Part shown: positions 31,512 through 41,642 of the stretch, one piece after another
Numbering within the stretch: the first letter of the stretch is position 1
How the letters are laid out: every line of letters begins with the position of its first letter
Assembly: GCA_963833985.1 (NCBI GenBank)
Contig: CAWIAD010000001.1
Coordinates: forward strand, 864,001 to 928,000
Direction: 5' to 3'
Length of the DNA: 64,000 bases
Source of the DNA: an uncultured Planctomycetaceae bacterium
Lineage (GTDB): Bacteria; Planctomycetota; Planctomycetia; Isosphaerales; Isosphaeraceae
Translations under genes and position numbers: made by a program
The notes under the pieces: generated by a model
Seen by the model: only the letters and a program-made list of their open reading frames with translations
Told to the model about the DNA's origin: nothing
Databases searched by the model: none

Positions 31512-31566
31512 CTCGCCATTTTCGGACCTCACGGCGATTCCGATGTCGATGTCCGAAAATGGCGAG
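31512..31566. promoter_or_regulatory. Perfect 16-bp inverted repeat between ECF sigma and ada-alkA (putative Ada-type boxes)
   Basis: CTCGCCATTTTCGGAC (31512-31527), 23-nt spacer, GTCCGAAAATGGCGAG (31551-31566); TAGATT -10-like element at 31587-31592. Confidence 0.6.
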
Positions 31567-31598
31567 ACGCGCGGTTGGGGAGCGGTTAGATTGCCTCC

Positions 31599-33125
31599 AT
31601 GAAGATGGACACCGAGACCTGCTACCGTGCCCTGGCTGCCCGCGATGCCCGCTTCGACGGGGTCTTCTTCGTGGGAGTGACCACGACCCGGATCTACTGC
31701 CGGCCCATCTGTTCGGCCAGAACGCCGGGCCGCGACCGCTGCCGCTTCTTCGCCTCGGCAGCCACGGCCGAGCACGCGGGCTTCCGGCCCTGCCTGCGGT
31801 GCCGGCCCGAGCTGGCACCAGGGCACGCGCCGGTTGATGCGTTGGGCCGGACCGCGCGGCTGGCCGCGGCGCGGATCGAGGCCGGCGCACTCAACGACGA
31901 TGGCAACCTGGAAGCGCTGGCGCGTGAGCTCGACCTCAGCACGCGTCAGCTCCGCCGTGCGATCCGGCAGGAATTCGGCGTCTCGCCGGTCGAGCTGGCG
32001 CAGACGCGCCGGCTGCTGCTGGCCAAGCAACTGCTCACCGAGACGAAGCTGCCGATGATCGACGTTGCCCTTGCGAGCGGCTTCGCCAGTCTGCGACGCT
32101 TCAATGCCCTCTTTCGCTCACACTACGCAATGACGCCTTCGCGGATTCGCCGTACCGCCGGCGTCTCGAGCGGCCGCGATAGCCTGGTCCTGACCCTCGC
32201 CTATCGACCTCCGCTCGCGTGGGCCACCATGCTCCGGTTCCTGGCCGGCAGGGCCACGATGGGCGTCGAGGCGGTCGTCGAACACCAGTACCTGCGAACA
32301 ATGCGGATCGGAGAGACGCGCGGCTGGGTGAAGGTTGAACTTTCGACGCGGCCCAACGCGCTGGCCGTGGAGATCTCAACCTCGCTCGCTGCGGTGCTGC
32401 CCGCGCTCCTGCCCCGGCTGCGCTGCCTGTTCGACCTCGACGCCCGGCCCGATGTGATTGCGGCCCATCTGAGGAGTGACCCCAGGCTGGCCCGCGCTGC
32501 CGAACGATTGCCGGGGCTGCGCGTACCGGGAACCGTCGACGGGTTCGAGATGGCCGTGCGGGCCATCCTCGGCCAGCGGATCTCGGTGGCCGGCGCCACC
32601 ACGCTGGCCGGCCGGCTGGCAAGCCGTTTTGGAGAGCCGATGGAAACGCCGTTCCCGGTACTTCATCAGCTTGGGGCGGCGCCCGAGCGGCTGGCGGCCG
32701 CGGATGTCGTGGAGATCGCCTCGCTGGGCATCGCGTCGGCACGTGCCCGGGCAATCGTGGAGCTGGCACGCGCCGTGGTGGAGCGACGGATCGAGCTGGT
32801 CCCAGGCGCTGATCCTGATCTGACGATCCAGCAACTCATCATGCTGCCCGGCTGCGGCGACTGGACGGCCCAGTACATTGCCATGCGGGCGCTCCGCTGG
32901 CCCGACGCCTTCCCTGCCGCCGATCTGGGGCTGCTGCGAGCCACCGGGCTCAGATCCGCACGCGCGCTGCGGCAGCTTGCCGAGGCCTGGCGGCCCTGGA
33001 GATCGTACGCGGCGTTCACCCTCTGGAATGATCCCCATCCCGAACCGGAGCCAGTTTCCCATGACGCAGACCGTCTCCTATCGCCCCTTCTCCAGCCCGC
33101 TGGGCAAGCTGCTTCTGACCTCTGA
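31599..33125 (+). CDS. alkA: Ada Zn-binding/AraC-HTH fused to AlkA DNA-3-methyladenine glycosylase
   Basis: RDARFDG...YCRPIC...FRPCLRCRP, AraC HTH, AlkA_N domain, HhH motif LPGCGDWTAQY, WRPWRSYA. Confidence 0.93.
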   Translation: MKMDTETCYRALAARDARFDGVFFVGVTTTRIYCRPICSARTPGRDRCRFFASAATAEHAGFRPCLRCRPELAPGHAPVDALGRTARLAAARIEAGALNDDGNLEALARELDLSTRQLRRAIRQEFGVSPVELAQTRRLLLAKQLLTETKLPMIDVALASGFASLRRFNALFRSHYAMTPSRIRRTAGVSSGRDSLVLTLAYRPPLAWATMLRFLAGRATMGVEAVVEHQYLRTMRIGETRGWVKVELSTRPNALAVEISTSLAAVLPALLPRLRCLFDLDARPDVIAAHLRSDPRLARAAERLPGLRVPGTVDGFEMAVRAILGQRISVAGATTLAGRLASRFGEPMETPFPVLHQLGAAPERLAAADVVEIASLGIASARARAIVELARAVVERRIELVPGADPDLTIQQLIMLPGCGDWTAQYIAMRALRWPDAFPAADLGLLRATGLRSARALRQLAEAWRPWRSYAAFTLWNDPHPEPEPVSHDADRLLSPLLQPAGQAASDL

Positions 33126-33621
33126 TGGAATCGCGCTCACCGGCCTGTTCCTGACGAAGCTAGCGGACGGCGCCGCACCTGAGTTCGCCGCCCACTGGAA
33201 GGCTGATGATGGACCGTTCCGGGAAGTCGTTGCACAGCTCACCGCTTATTTTGATGGCGCGCTCGAGCAATTCGACCTGCCGCTTTGCCTGGCCGGCACA
33301 CCCTTTCAGAAGCGCGTCTGGACTGAGCTCTGCAACATCCCGTTCGGAGCTGCCATCTCTTACGCCGAGCTGGCGCGGCGAATCGGCCAGCCGGGATCGA
33401 GCCGGGCGGTCGGTGGGGCCAACGGCAAGAACCCGGTCGCGATCATCGTCCCTTGCCATCGCGTCATCGGCTCCGATGGCGGCCTGGGCGGCTATGGCGG
33501 CGGGCTCGACCGCAAGCGCTGGCTGCTGGAGCACGAGGCCGAGACCCAGGTGCGGCACCCCGAATGGCGGCGATCCGCTTTCGCGGGGTCGATCCAGCCC
33601 AGGCTGCTGCCGGTTTCCTGA
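33061..33621 (+). CDS. ogt: Methylated-DNA--protein-cysteine methyltransferase
   Basis: SPLGKL, GTPFQKRVW, SRAVG, active site PCHRV; GGAG RBS before ATG 33061. Confidence 0.95.
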   Translation: MTQTVSYRPFSSPLGKLLLTSDGIALTGLFLTKLADGAAPEFAAHWKADDGPFREVVAQLTAYFDGALEQFDLPLCLAGTPFQKRVWTELCNIPFGAAISYAELARRIGQPGSSRAVGGANGKNPVAIIVPCHRVIGSDGGLGGYGGGLDRKRWLLEHEAETQVRHPEWRRSAFAGSIQPRLLPVS

Positions 33622-33685
33622 CAGCGCCACATTGCAACCGCACGATCCGGTCGGCACCATGGTACCACTTTGAAAGGAGGTTCCG

Positions 33686-34651
33686 ATGTCGATTTCATGG
33701 CATGGCCGATCGCGTGCCGTCCGGGCCGCCATTGCGCTCGCGGCTCTCATGATGCTCTGCGGATTCCGCTCGGTTGCGCTGCCTCAGGTTCCCGACCCGA
33801 CGGCAAAGGCACCGCAAACGGCCGATCCGCTCGTCGACCTGAATAATGCCTCGCGCATGTTCTACGCTCTGGCCAAGCAACAGGCACTCTCCAGGACCGG
33901 CCCGGTGTTGATCGTGACCGGCGACGACCTGGTCCTGCGCAAGGGCGAGTCGCGCGTGCAGGCCCGCGTGATTCCCGAGATCTACCACACGCTCAAGACG
34001 TTTGATCATATTGCCCTGGCACTCGACGTGGCGCTCACGGCCCACGCCGGGGAGAACCCGCTCAGCGAGGACTTTCTGAATGACCTTCGCGATTACCGGC
34101 GGATGTTCCCGGCCGCCGGCGAGCGGATCGACAGGTCCGGTCTTGATGCCGAACAGGCCGCACGGCAGAAAGCGATCCTTGCCGCCTGTGCGTCGTTTTT
34201 GGACTCGGTGGTCGACCGCCGCCAGTGCACGCCGGCCGAGCGGACCGCCTTCACCCGGAAGATGAACCCGATGCTCCTGGCCAACGCCTCGGCCGCCGCC
34301 CGTGCCGCGCTCGACATGCTGCACCACCAGGTGTGCGAGTGGAAGCAGCAGCTCACACCCCAGGAATGGAGCCAGCTCACGGTCCTGGTGATCGGCCGCC
34401 AGTTGCCGCGCAAGGAGAACCTGGCCACGCAGTACTTCGCCCGCCTGCTGAACCTTCCCGGCGAGTGTTCCCGGCTGATCTTCGCGGAGGGCCTTGGCGA
34501 AGAGGCTCGCGCTCTCGACCTCCTGGCCACGCACCGCGTGGACACCGGCGTTGGCGTGGATTTCTTCAACGATCCCGAGCGCATGAAGCGCGACCTGCTG
34601 TCCGACGCGGCGCACGATTATCTGCCGCTATTGCTGGGGCCGGCCAGGTGA
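33686..34651 (+). CDS. Secreted hypothetical protein
   Basis: AAGGAGG RBS, signal-like N-terminus, 321-aa helical ORF. Confidence 0.8.
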   Translation: MSISWHGRSRAVRAAIALAALMMLCGFRSVALPQVPDPTAKAPQTADPLVDLNNASRMFYALAKQQALSRTGPVLIVTGDDLVLRKGESRVQARVIPEIYHTLKTFDHIALALDVALTAHAGENPLSEDFLNDLRDYRRMFPAAGERIDRSGLDAEQAARQKAILAACASFLDSVVDRRQCTPAERTAFTRKMNPMLLANASAAARAALDMLHHQVCEWKQQLTPQEWSQLTVLVIGRQLPRKENLATQYFARLLNLPGECSRLIFAEGLGEEARALDLLATHRVDTGVGVDFFNDPERMKRDLLSDAAHDYLPLLLGPAR

Positions 34652-34737
34652 TTCTCCAGGGGTCTGAAGAAGGTTCAGGAGATCGCTCCGGACGCGTCCA
34701 GACTCACTCGGATCAACACACCGGGAATGCCTACCTC

Positions 34738-34785
34738 ACGCCGAGAGCCCATCAATTATCCACCAGACGTCACCACGCTTCCCCG
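34738..34785 (-). pseudogene. Remnant of MazF/PemK toxin N-terminus
   Basis: Overlapping the antitoxin stop, the frame reads GGG-K-R-G-D-V-W-W-I and then stops at TGA after about 15 codons. The expected ATG position is GGG. Confidence 0.55.
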
Positions 34786-35000
34786 GCTACGTCTCCTACC
34801 CTGGCTTCGGCCCAACCGATTGTTTCGGTCTCACGCGCCTCTTGCCGGGCAAGCTCCTTGTAGGCCATCTCAAGGTCCTTGCCGATGACGTGGGGCCGCA
34901 CGAGAGATTCGATGAAACGGCTGATACGTCGCCGGCCCACGACACTGTGCAACCCATTGTACACCCTCTCGTCAATCGTGATGGTCAGCTTCTTCTGCAT
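34770..35000 (-). CDS. Type II addiction-module antitoxin
   Basis: AAGGAG RBS; MQKKLTITIDERVYNGLHSVVGRRRISRFIESLVRPHV, an RHH-like antitoxin of the type found upstream of PemK/MazF toxins. Confidence 0.8.
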   Translation of the reverse strand: MQKKLTITIDERVYNGLHSVVGRRRISRFIESLVRPHVIGKDLEMAYKELARQEARETETIGWAEARVGDVAGEAW

Positions 35001-35203
35001 GAGGAACTCCTTTGTCACGTGTGATTATACGTATTGAAAGGGCGATCCTTCACGGGAACAAGCTTGGTGAGGGCGCCGGCCGAGCGTTCGGTCCCAGATT
35101 GACAGCGCCGTTCATTGCATCTTCATGGCAATGTGTTATGACCGTACCCTTGGACGCGGTGCCGTCATGATCGCTTGCCATTCTCCATGGCTGAGGCTTC
35201 CCC

Positions 35204-37693
35204 ATGAAACGCTCCCCATTCGTCTGGATTGCCGTGGCCCTGCTCGCGGCCATCATTCCCGGAGTCTCAAGGTACGCCGGGGTGTGGATGGGGAAGCAGC
35301 CCGATGGGAGCTTCCTGGTGTCCACCGGCCAGCGGATCGAGGGTGGAGCGATCGCGTTCGAGGGCCGGCCCATCGACCTGGCGATGCATCCCGTGCGGGA
35401 CATCGCCGCCGTGCTCAACAAGAAGAGCGTCTTGCTGGTCACGGCCGGGGGAGTGGTCAAGGGAAGCGAGGTCCCGCTGGGCAGCAGCGCGGGGTTCCGC
35501 GGCCTGGTCTGGACCCCTGACGGCAGCACGCTGGCCGCCAGCACCGAGCAGGGATCCATTCAACTCTTCCAGATCGCCGGCGAGACGCTCCGGCTCGGGC
35601 CGAAGATCACGCTCGCCTCCGGAACCAGGCCAGAGAACCCCGTGCCCGGAGGCATGGTGATCACGCGCGATGGAAAACGCCTCTTCATCGCGGCCGCCAA
35701 CCGCAACGCGGTGATTGTTGTGGATCTGGCAACGAGGCAAGCGGTGCAGGAATACCCCGTCGAGAACCTGCCGTTCGAGCCGCGGCTCTCGGAGGATGAA
35801 TCGACACTGATCGTCAGCAACTGGGGCGGCCGGCTGGCCCATCCGGGCGAGCGGACGGCCAGGAGCCAGAAGCTTGACATCCTGGTCGACGAGCACGGTG
35901 CGCCGGCGTCCGGGACCGTCAGCCTGATCGATCTGAAGAGTGGATCGACCCGACATGTCGAGGTGGGAATTCACCCCACGGCGATCGCTGTCGCCGGCCC
36001 GAAGGCCTACGTTGCCAACGCCATGAGCGACTCGGTCTCGGAGATCGACATCGCCGCCGGCAGCGTGACGCGCACCATCCCCCTGCGCTGGGGCGGGCTG
36101 CGGCTCCTGGGCGCCATGCCCAATGCCCTGGCGGTCCGGGGCAAGACGCTGTATGTGGCCGACGGTGGCGACAACGCCCTGGCCGAGGTGGACCTGATCA
36201 CCGGATTGGTACGGGGCTATCGCCACGCGGGGTACTTTCCGGTGGCCATCGCCCTGGGCCACGACGGCAAGACGGCCTTCGTGCTCAACACCAAGGGGAA
36301 CGGGTCGGTGAGCAAGACCACCCTGGGACAGCCGGGGAACGCGCACGATTTCCAGGGAAGCGTCACCGTCCTCGGGCTCGAGACCGACCTGGATCGGGAG
36401 ACGGCCCTGGTTGCCCGCAACAACCACTGGAACGCCAACCCCGGCCGGCCCAGCCTCAAGGTGTATCAGGGCGGCATCAAGCACGTGCTCTACATCATCA
36501 AGGAAAACCGAACGTACGACGAGATCTTTGGTGACCTGCCCTTCGGCAACGGCGACCCCAAGCTATGCAGCCTGGGAGAGCAGGTCATGCCGAACCACCG
36601 CAAGATCGTCCGCGAGTTCACACTTCATGACAACGGCTACGTGAGCGGCACCAACAGCGCGGATGGACACAACTGGGCGACCGCGTGCCTGGCGAACGAC
36701 TACCTCGAGCATTTCTATGTCGGCTACTCGCGCACCTATCCCGACGACGGTGACGACAGCATGGCGCTCTCGAACGCCGGCGCACTCTGGGACGCTGCTG
36801 CCGCCAGGGGCAAGAGCATCCGCGTCTACGGCGAGTACTGCAACGACGAGCGGGCACGCTTCGAGCCCATGCCGAAAGACTGGTTCGATGTCTGGGAAGA
36901 CCGCAAGCAAGGCACGCACCGGTTCAAGACGTCGGCCGAGACCGAGGTCGTCTCGCTGCGGCCTTACATCAACCGCGAATACCATTACTGGCCGCTCTTG
37001 CAGAGCGATCAACAGCGGGCGGACATCTTCATCCGCGAGTATCAAGAATTTAGCCGGCGCGACACCGTGCCGGACCTGATGATCATGAGCCTCCCCTGCG
37101 ATCATTCCGAAGGGGTTGACCCCAAATACCCGACGCCTCGCGCCATGATGGCCGACAACGACCTGGCGCTGGGACGGGTGGTCGAAGCCGTCTCACACAG
37201 CCCGCAGTGGAAGGACACCTGCATCTTCGTGATCGAGGACGACGCCCAATCGGGGCCGGACCACGTCGACGGGCACCGCACCGTCTTCATGGTCATCAGC
37301 CCTTACACGCGGCGGAAGTTCGTGGATTCGACCTTCTATGCCCAGCCAAGCATGATCCGATCGATCGAGCTCATGCTGGGCCTGGACCCCATGAACCGCT
37401 TCGACGCGCTCGCGGACCCGATCACCACCTGCTTCAACGAGGCCCCCGACCTGGGGCCCTTTCGCGCCGTGCCGAACAACATCCCGCTCGACGAACGCAA
37501 TCCCGCGGAAAGGGCGATGAACCGGGACGACCGCTTCTGGCTGGAGAAAACGCGCGCGCTGGATTGGAGCCACATCGACGGCCCGGACCCGTACTGGTTG
37601 AACCGCATCATCTGGTACTCGGTGCACAAGGGGGCGAGGCCCTATCCCGGCCGTCCCGGCGAGGAACCAGGACAGGCCGTGGATCTGGACTGA
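35204..37693 (+). CDS. YncE-type beta-propeller / alkaline-phosphatase-like phosphoesterase
   Basis: Signal peptide, beta-propeller, IKHVLYIIKENRTYD, SADGHNW, EDDAQSGPDHVDGHR. Confidence 0.9.
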   Translation: MKRSPFVWIAVALLAAIIPGVSRYAGVWMGKQPDGSFLVSTGQRIEGGAIAFEGRPIDLAMHPVRDIAAVLNKKSVLLVTAGGVVKGSEVPLGSSAGFRGLVWTPDGSTLAASTEQGSIQLFQIAGETLRLGPKITLASGTRPENPVPGGMVITRDGKRLFIAAANRNAVIVVDLATRQAVQEYPVENLPFEPRLSEDESTLIVSNWGGRLAHPGERTARSQKLDILVDEHGAPASGTVSLIDLKSGSTRHVEVGIHPTAIAVAGPKAYVANAMSDSVSEIDIAAGSVTRTIPLRWGGLRLLGAMPNALAVRGKTLYVADGGDNALAEVDLITGLVRGYRHAGYFPVAIALGHDGKTAFVLNTKGNGSVSKTTLGQPGNAHDFQGSVTVLGLETDLDRETALVARNNHWNANPGRPSLKVYQGGIKHVLYIIKENRTYDEIFGDLPFGNGDPKLCSLGEQVMPNHRKIVREFTLHDNGYVSGTNSADGHNWATACLANDYLEHFYVGYSRTYPDDGDDSMALSNAGALWDAAAARGKSIRVYGEYCNDERARFEPMPKDWFDVWEDRKQGTHRFKTSAETEVVSLRPYINREYHYWPLLQSDQQRADIFIREYQEFSRRDTVPDLMIMSLPCDHSEGVDPKYPTPRAMMADNDLALGRVVEAVSHSPQWKDTCIFVIEDDAQSGPDHVDGHRTVFMVISPYTRRKFVDSTFYAQPSMIRSIELMLGLDPMNRFDALADPITTCFNEAPDLGPFRAVPNNIPLDERNPAERAMNRDDRFWLEKTRALDWSHIDGPDPYWLNRIIWYSVHKGARPYPGRPGEEPGQAVDLD

Positions 37694-37768
37694 CGACGCG
37701 CCATGGTACCCGCGCGTCTCCGCCCTCCCTCGCCGGAGCGGCAGAAGCGGGCGTGAGGCGACCGCGGC

Positions 37769-38785
37769 TCACGTCCAGTTGTAAACCCACGTGTACACGT
37801 CATAGGTGGCCGCGGGCGGTCTGTGGAAGACGCGCCCGTCCTGCTCCTCGCCGCAGCGGAGAGTGAGCCGCATGTGCCCCGGGAAGAAGACGGGGTCCCG
37901 GTCGTGGAACCGGTAGGCCGCGAAACGGTTCCTGGCCACGTCGATGTGGGTCAGGCCCGAGAGTTCTGACTGGAACAACTTGCGGTGATGGAAGTAGCCC
38001 GAACTGATGAAGTAATCCTCCAGCCCGGAGGAGAGGAAGACCGGACTCGTGGCACCATCCAGGTAGGCCCGGACACAACCCTCCTGATAGCTCTGGTCCT
38101 CCCAGGTTCCTGTCGGCTGCTCGCCTTGCACCGACATCGACACCTGGTAGAGAGCGCCTGGGCCTGTCACATCGCAGAGCGTGAACTCCTCGAGGGGCGA
38201 GGCGCGATGGCGGTCCACGTGGTGCAGACGCAGTCGGGCACTTTCCGGTAGTACCACGCCGCCCAGCGTCGCGCGCAGGCCTTGCGTACCGCGAATGATC
38301 CACCAGGCATCCTTGCGGTTGACGCTGTCGAAGACCGTGGTGGCCGGCAAGACGCACACTCGGACCTGGGAACCGAATGGGATGCGGTAGGTGTTGTACA
38401 CACCCCCTTGCCGGCCAAACTGGGGAACGCCCCAGGGCTCCGGTGGCCCGCCATGCGTGAAGCCGTGGCCCAGGTCGAGCGCCATGTCGATCGAGGGCCG
38501 CTCCTCGCCGTCGATATAGATCCGCAGCCGCGTGCGGAGGTCCATCGCGAACCACATGTGGGACAGGCAGCCAGGTGGACCAGCGTGCCGGAACAGCTCG
38601 ACTTCCTTGCCGGCTTCGAGGATCCGCCGCTCCTTACCGATGCCGCTGAAGGTCCGCAGGCACGCGGCATGCTCTGGTTGGGTGGGACGTGTGAGGGAGG
38701 GGAGTTGCGGCTCGTCGGCCTTTGCGGGGCAGGCCCGGGCCGCCAGGACGGTGCTGCCGGCGGCCAGGGCGGTTCGTCGATTCAT
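37769..38785 (-). CDS. DUF2961 domain protein
   Basis: Tat-like MNRRTAL; LRIYIDGEERPSI, SSGLEDYF, YRFHDRDPVFF. Confidence 0.8.
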   Translation of the reverse strand: MNRRTALAAGSTVLAARACPAKADEPQLPSLTRPTQPEHAACLRTFSGIGKERRILEAGKEVELFRHAGPPGCLSHMWFAMDLRTRLRIYIDGEERPSIDMALDLGHGFTHGGPPEPWGVPQFGRQGGVYNTYRIPFGSQVRVCVLPATTVFDSVNRKDAWWIIRGTQGLRATLGGVVLPESARLRLHHVDRHRASPLEEFTLCDVTGPGALYQVSMSVQGEQPTGTWEDQSYQEGCVRAYLDGATSPVFLSSGLEDYFISSGYFHHRKLFQSELSGLTHIDVARNRFAAYRFHDRDPVFFPGHMRLTLRCGEEQDGRVFHRPPAATYDVYTWVYNWT

Positions 38786-38980
38786 CACGGGACTGGCTCC
38801 GGAACAGCGGCCGTTTCGCTTCGCGGCTGATGAGGTCGTGGCCCAGTTCAGGGCCACCGGTCAGCCGAGTGTAGCGAGTTCGCCGTGTTCCGTGCCAGCC
38901 CCGGAGCCACGCCTCGGAACGGCGGCAGAATGAAGGATTCATGCGCCGGCCTGAGGGAGAATCATGTCGCCCGACTGGTT

Positions 38981-40759
38981 TCACTTCGAGATCAGCTCCG
39001 CGGCGAGGGCCTTGAGGTTGGGCACACCCAGGCCGGTCACCAGGTCGTAGCCAATTCCGGCGCTGAAGGCACCGTTGCTGCCGGTGGTGATGTCGCGGAC
39101 CGCTCCTCCGCTCATGACCGGATACAGCAGCGGATTCAGGAAAGGTAAGGGCGATTTGCCCGCCTTGCCGCGGGCCTCGTTCATGAGGGCGCAGAAGCCG
39201 GCCCAGGTGGGAGCGCTCCAGCTCGTGCCGCCGATCTGCTGGGTCTTGCCCTGGAAGATGATGAGCGCTCCGGTGCTGGGGTCGGCTACCGAGGCGACGT
39301 CGGGAACCAGCCGCTCGGTGCCGGAGGGCACACCGGTGCCGGTCTGCCACGGCTGCCGGGTGAAGAAGATGCTCTTGCCGCCCCCGCCGTCGGTCCAGCC
39401 TGTCTCCAGGGTCACTCCGCCGGCCGGGTTGAGCGTCAGGCTGGTGCCTCCCACCGCGATGACGTACGGCGAGGTGGACTGGAATTCCGCCTGCAACGGG
39501 CCGTTCGAGTTGTGGCCCGTGTCGTCCGGGTTCGAGCCCGCGTCGCCCGTCGAGACAAAGACGTTGACGCCCGCTGCCGAGAGCGTCAGGAACTTCTGGT
39601 TCTCGGTGGAAACTTCTCCCTCAGGGCTGCCCAGATAGGTCTCGCCCAGGCCCAGGCTGATCGAAAGCTGGCGCATCCCCGGCTCATTGCCCAGGTCGGC
39701 GATGATCTGGTCGAGTGCCAGGTCCAGGTCAACGAAGTTCAGTGAGCCGCTGGCGTAGATCCGCACCGTGGCATCCGGCGCGATTCCGCTGGTCCACTGG
39801 GCGTCGAGCGTCTCTTCTCCTTCCATGGCCGGCAGTGTCCCGCCCCGGACGTTGATCTTCTGGATGCGGTTCAGCGACTGGGGCAAGCTGTTGGCCTTCC
39901 AGAACTTCTTGAGGTCGGCATCCGCGGGGAACGTGTCGATCAGGATCGCGATGGTCTGCCCCGCCCCCGTGAGCCCGAGCGAATCACCGTTGTACGCCCT
40001 GAGGATTTCAGAGACGAGGTAAGGAGGCGCGTTGGAAACGTTGGTGCTGGGCCCGGGAGCAGCCGCCGTGGCGAAGGAACGCGTCTTCGGGGGCACGGCG
40101 CGGCTCTCCTCGCCATCGTCGCCCAGGCTGGCGCGGTTTCCGCCGCTGGGCGTACGCATGCGGCTGTTCTTGTAGGCGTGACGGAAGGGCTGAAGACCCA
40201 CGATGGCGTGCACGCCATCGCCGACGTTCGCCGGCAAGCTCGGTGCGGTGCGGGCGGCGTTGTAACCCATTCCCTCTCGGGAGACGCGGGTCATCTGCAC
40301 GTCGAGTGCCCTGGAGATCTGTGCCACGGTGGCGCGAGCGTAAACCGCCGTGTGGTTCGGCGTCACGTGCGTGACCTCGAAGCCCTGCTCCTTGAGCCAT
40401 GCGACCAGCTTGTCGGCGTCGGCCGCCTTCGCGCCGTAGTCGCGTTCCAGTTCTTGCGGTGAGACCACCTCACCGCGCGCCACCCGGGCCTCGAGCCGTG
40501 CCTTCGCATCCGCGGGGATGGGCAGCGAGAAGAGGATTTGCATTGTGTCGTTGTCGTGCGAGACACCGGGTGCTTCGAGTTGCACCCCTCGCGAGAGCGG
40601 CAACGGCGTCACGCTGTTGGCGAAGACCTTGCGTGCGGCCGCTGGTTGGGGCGGCTGTGCCACCGCCGGAACAAGACTCTGCGCCAGCGCCACGATTCCC
40701 AGACCCGCACTTGCCAGGACATGCCACTGAATCCGACCGGGCATCCTCGGGGTGTTCAT
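38981..40759 (-). CDS. S53 family peptidase (sedolisin/kumamolisin) with activation prodomain
   Basis: EETLD, STGDAG, VGGTSL, VPDVA, GGTSWSAP, DITTGSNG, YDLVTGLG. Confidence 0.93.
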   Translation of the reverse strand: MNTPRMPGRIQWHVLASAGLGIVALAQSLVPAVAQPPQPAAARKVFANSVTPLPLSRGVQLEAPGVSHDNDTMQILFSLPIPADAKARLEARVARGEVVSPQELERDYGAKAADADKLVAWLKEQGFEVTHVTPNHTAVYARATVAQISRALDVQMTRVSREGMGYNAARTAPSLPANVGDGVHAIVGLQPFRHAYKNSRMRTPSGGNRASLGDDGEESRAVPPKTRSFATAAAPGPSTNVSNAPPYLVSEILRAYNGDSLGLTGAGQTIAILIDTFPADADLKKFWKANSLPQSLNRIQKINVRGGTLPAMEGEETLDAQWTSGIAPDATVRIYASGSLNFVDLDLALDQIIADLGNEPGMRQLSISLGLGETYLGSPEGEVSTENQKFLTLSAAGVNVFVSTGDAGSNPDDTGHNSNGPLQAEFQSTSPYVIAVGGTSLTLNPAGGVTLETGWTDGGGGKSIFFTRQPWQTGTGVPSGTERLVPDVASVADPSTGALIIFQGKTQQIGGTSWSAPTWAGFCALMNEARGKAGKSPLPFLNPLLYPVMSGGAVRDITTGSNGAFSAGIGYDLVTGLGVPNLKALAAELISK

Positions 40760-41031
40760 GGTGTCGATCTCCTCGGAAGTGATTGGGCGGAATGGAAAGG
40801 GAGCGGGGCTTCTGGCGAGGTGCGCACCATGCCATCAGGCACGGGCTCGCATCGAAGCCAGAGTCTCCGCCCGACTTACTATCCACATCGCCCTCTCCGG
40901 CCCGAAGTAGACACGACTGAAAGCACATTCATGAGACAAGGCACCGGTGACCGCGCTGCACCCTCCGACCGCGCTGCGGGCGGAATGTGAGTGGGCTCGG
41001 CGAATCCGTGGAGGCGGTCCGCCCAGTCGGG

Positions 41032-41532
41032 TCATGGCCGGGTCGTTTCGCCGACCGACGTGTGGTCGTGGACGATCTTCCAGCCTGCGGGAAAGCGCCG
41101 GAAGATGAGCGTGAACAGGCCGCCGGGTGAGGAACCGTCGGGCAGGGTGAGCCGCCAGGCCCCGCGCACCAGGGCGGCATCGCGGCCGAGCGGCTCGATG
41201 TCCATCCGCGAGAAGGTCACACGGCCCATGGCCTTGCCCTCGGCCTTGTAGCGCTTGCGGTAGCGGTCGCGCATCGCCTCCCAGCCGTCGTGGCGCTCGC
41301 CGCCCGACTGGAACACGACCCGCGGCGACTTCCAGTAGCCCTCGAGGAAAGCGTCCAGATCACCCTTGTTCCAGTCGGCCTCTTGCCTGGCTATCACAGC
41401 GGTGATGGCGGCGACCGCTTGCCGGTCGGGTGTCGGCTCCTGGGCATGCAGCCGCGGCGGAAAGCCCGCGAGTCCAAAGCCGACGATCCCCCATCGGCGC
41501 CAGAACCGTCGACGCGTGGACCTCGGCTGCAT
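41032..41532 (-). CDS. NTF2-like (DUF4440/YybH) protein
   Basis: WNKGDLDAFLEGYW, GLFTLIFRR, WKIVHDHTS. Confidence 0.88.
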   Translation of the reverse strand: MQPRSTRRRFWRRWGIVGFGLAGFPPRLHAQEPTPDRQAVAAITAVIARQEADWNKGDLDAFLEGYWKSPRVVFQSGGERHDGWEAMRDRYRKRYKAEGKAMGRVTFSRMDIEPLGRDAALVRGAWRLTLPDGSSPGGLFTLIFRRFPAGWKIVHDHTSVGETTRP

Positions 41533-41642
41533 GACGTATTCGCTCCTGGATCTGGGTCACGTCACAAGAGGACGAAATGTCGTTTGAACAGAGTTCGCAA
41601 GCCGTGCCTGGCTTGTTGAGTTTTCCGCATGGAGGATTACGT

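Noticed and set aside
33061..33125. 65-nt overlap of alkA and ogt as an unusual feature
   Set aside because: The low-complexity tail is compatible with a simple stop shift or a 1-nt error; the gene pair itself is ordinary.
41590..41612. Sigma-54-like GGCAC...TTGC upstream of the NTF2-like gene
   Set aside because: Spacing is 3 nt rather than the required 5 nt.
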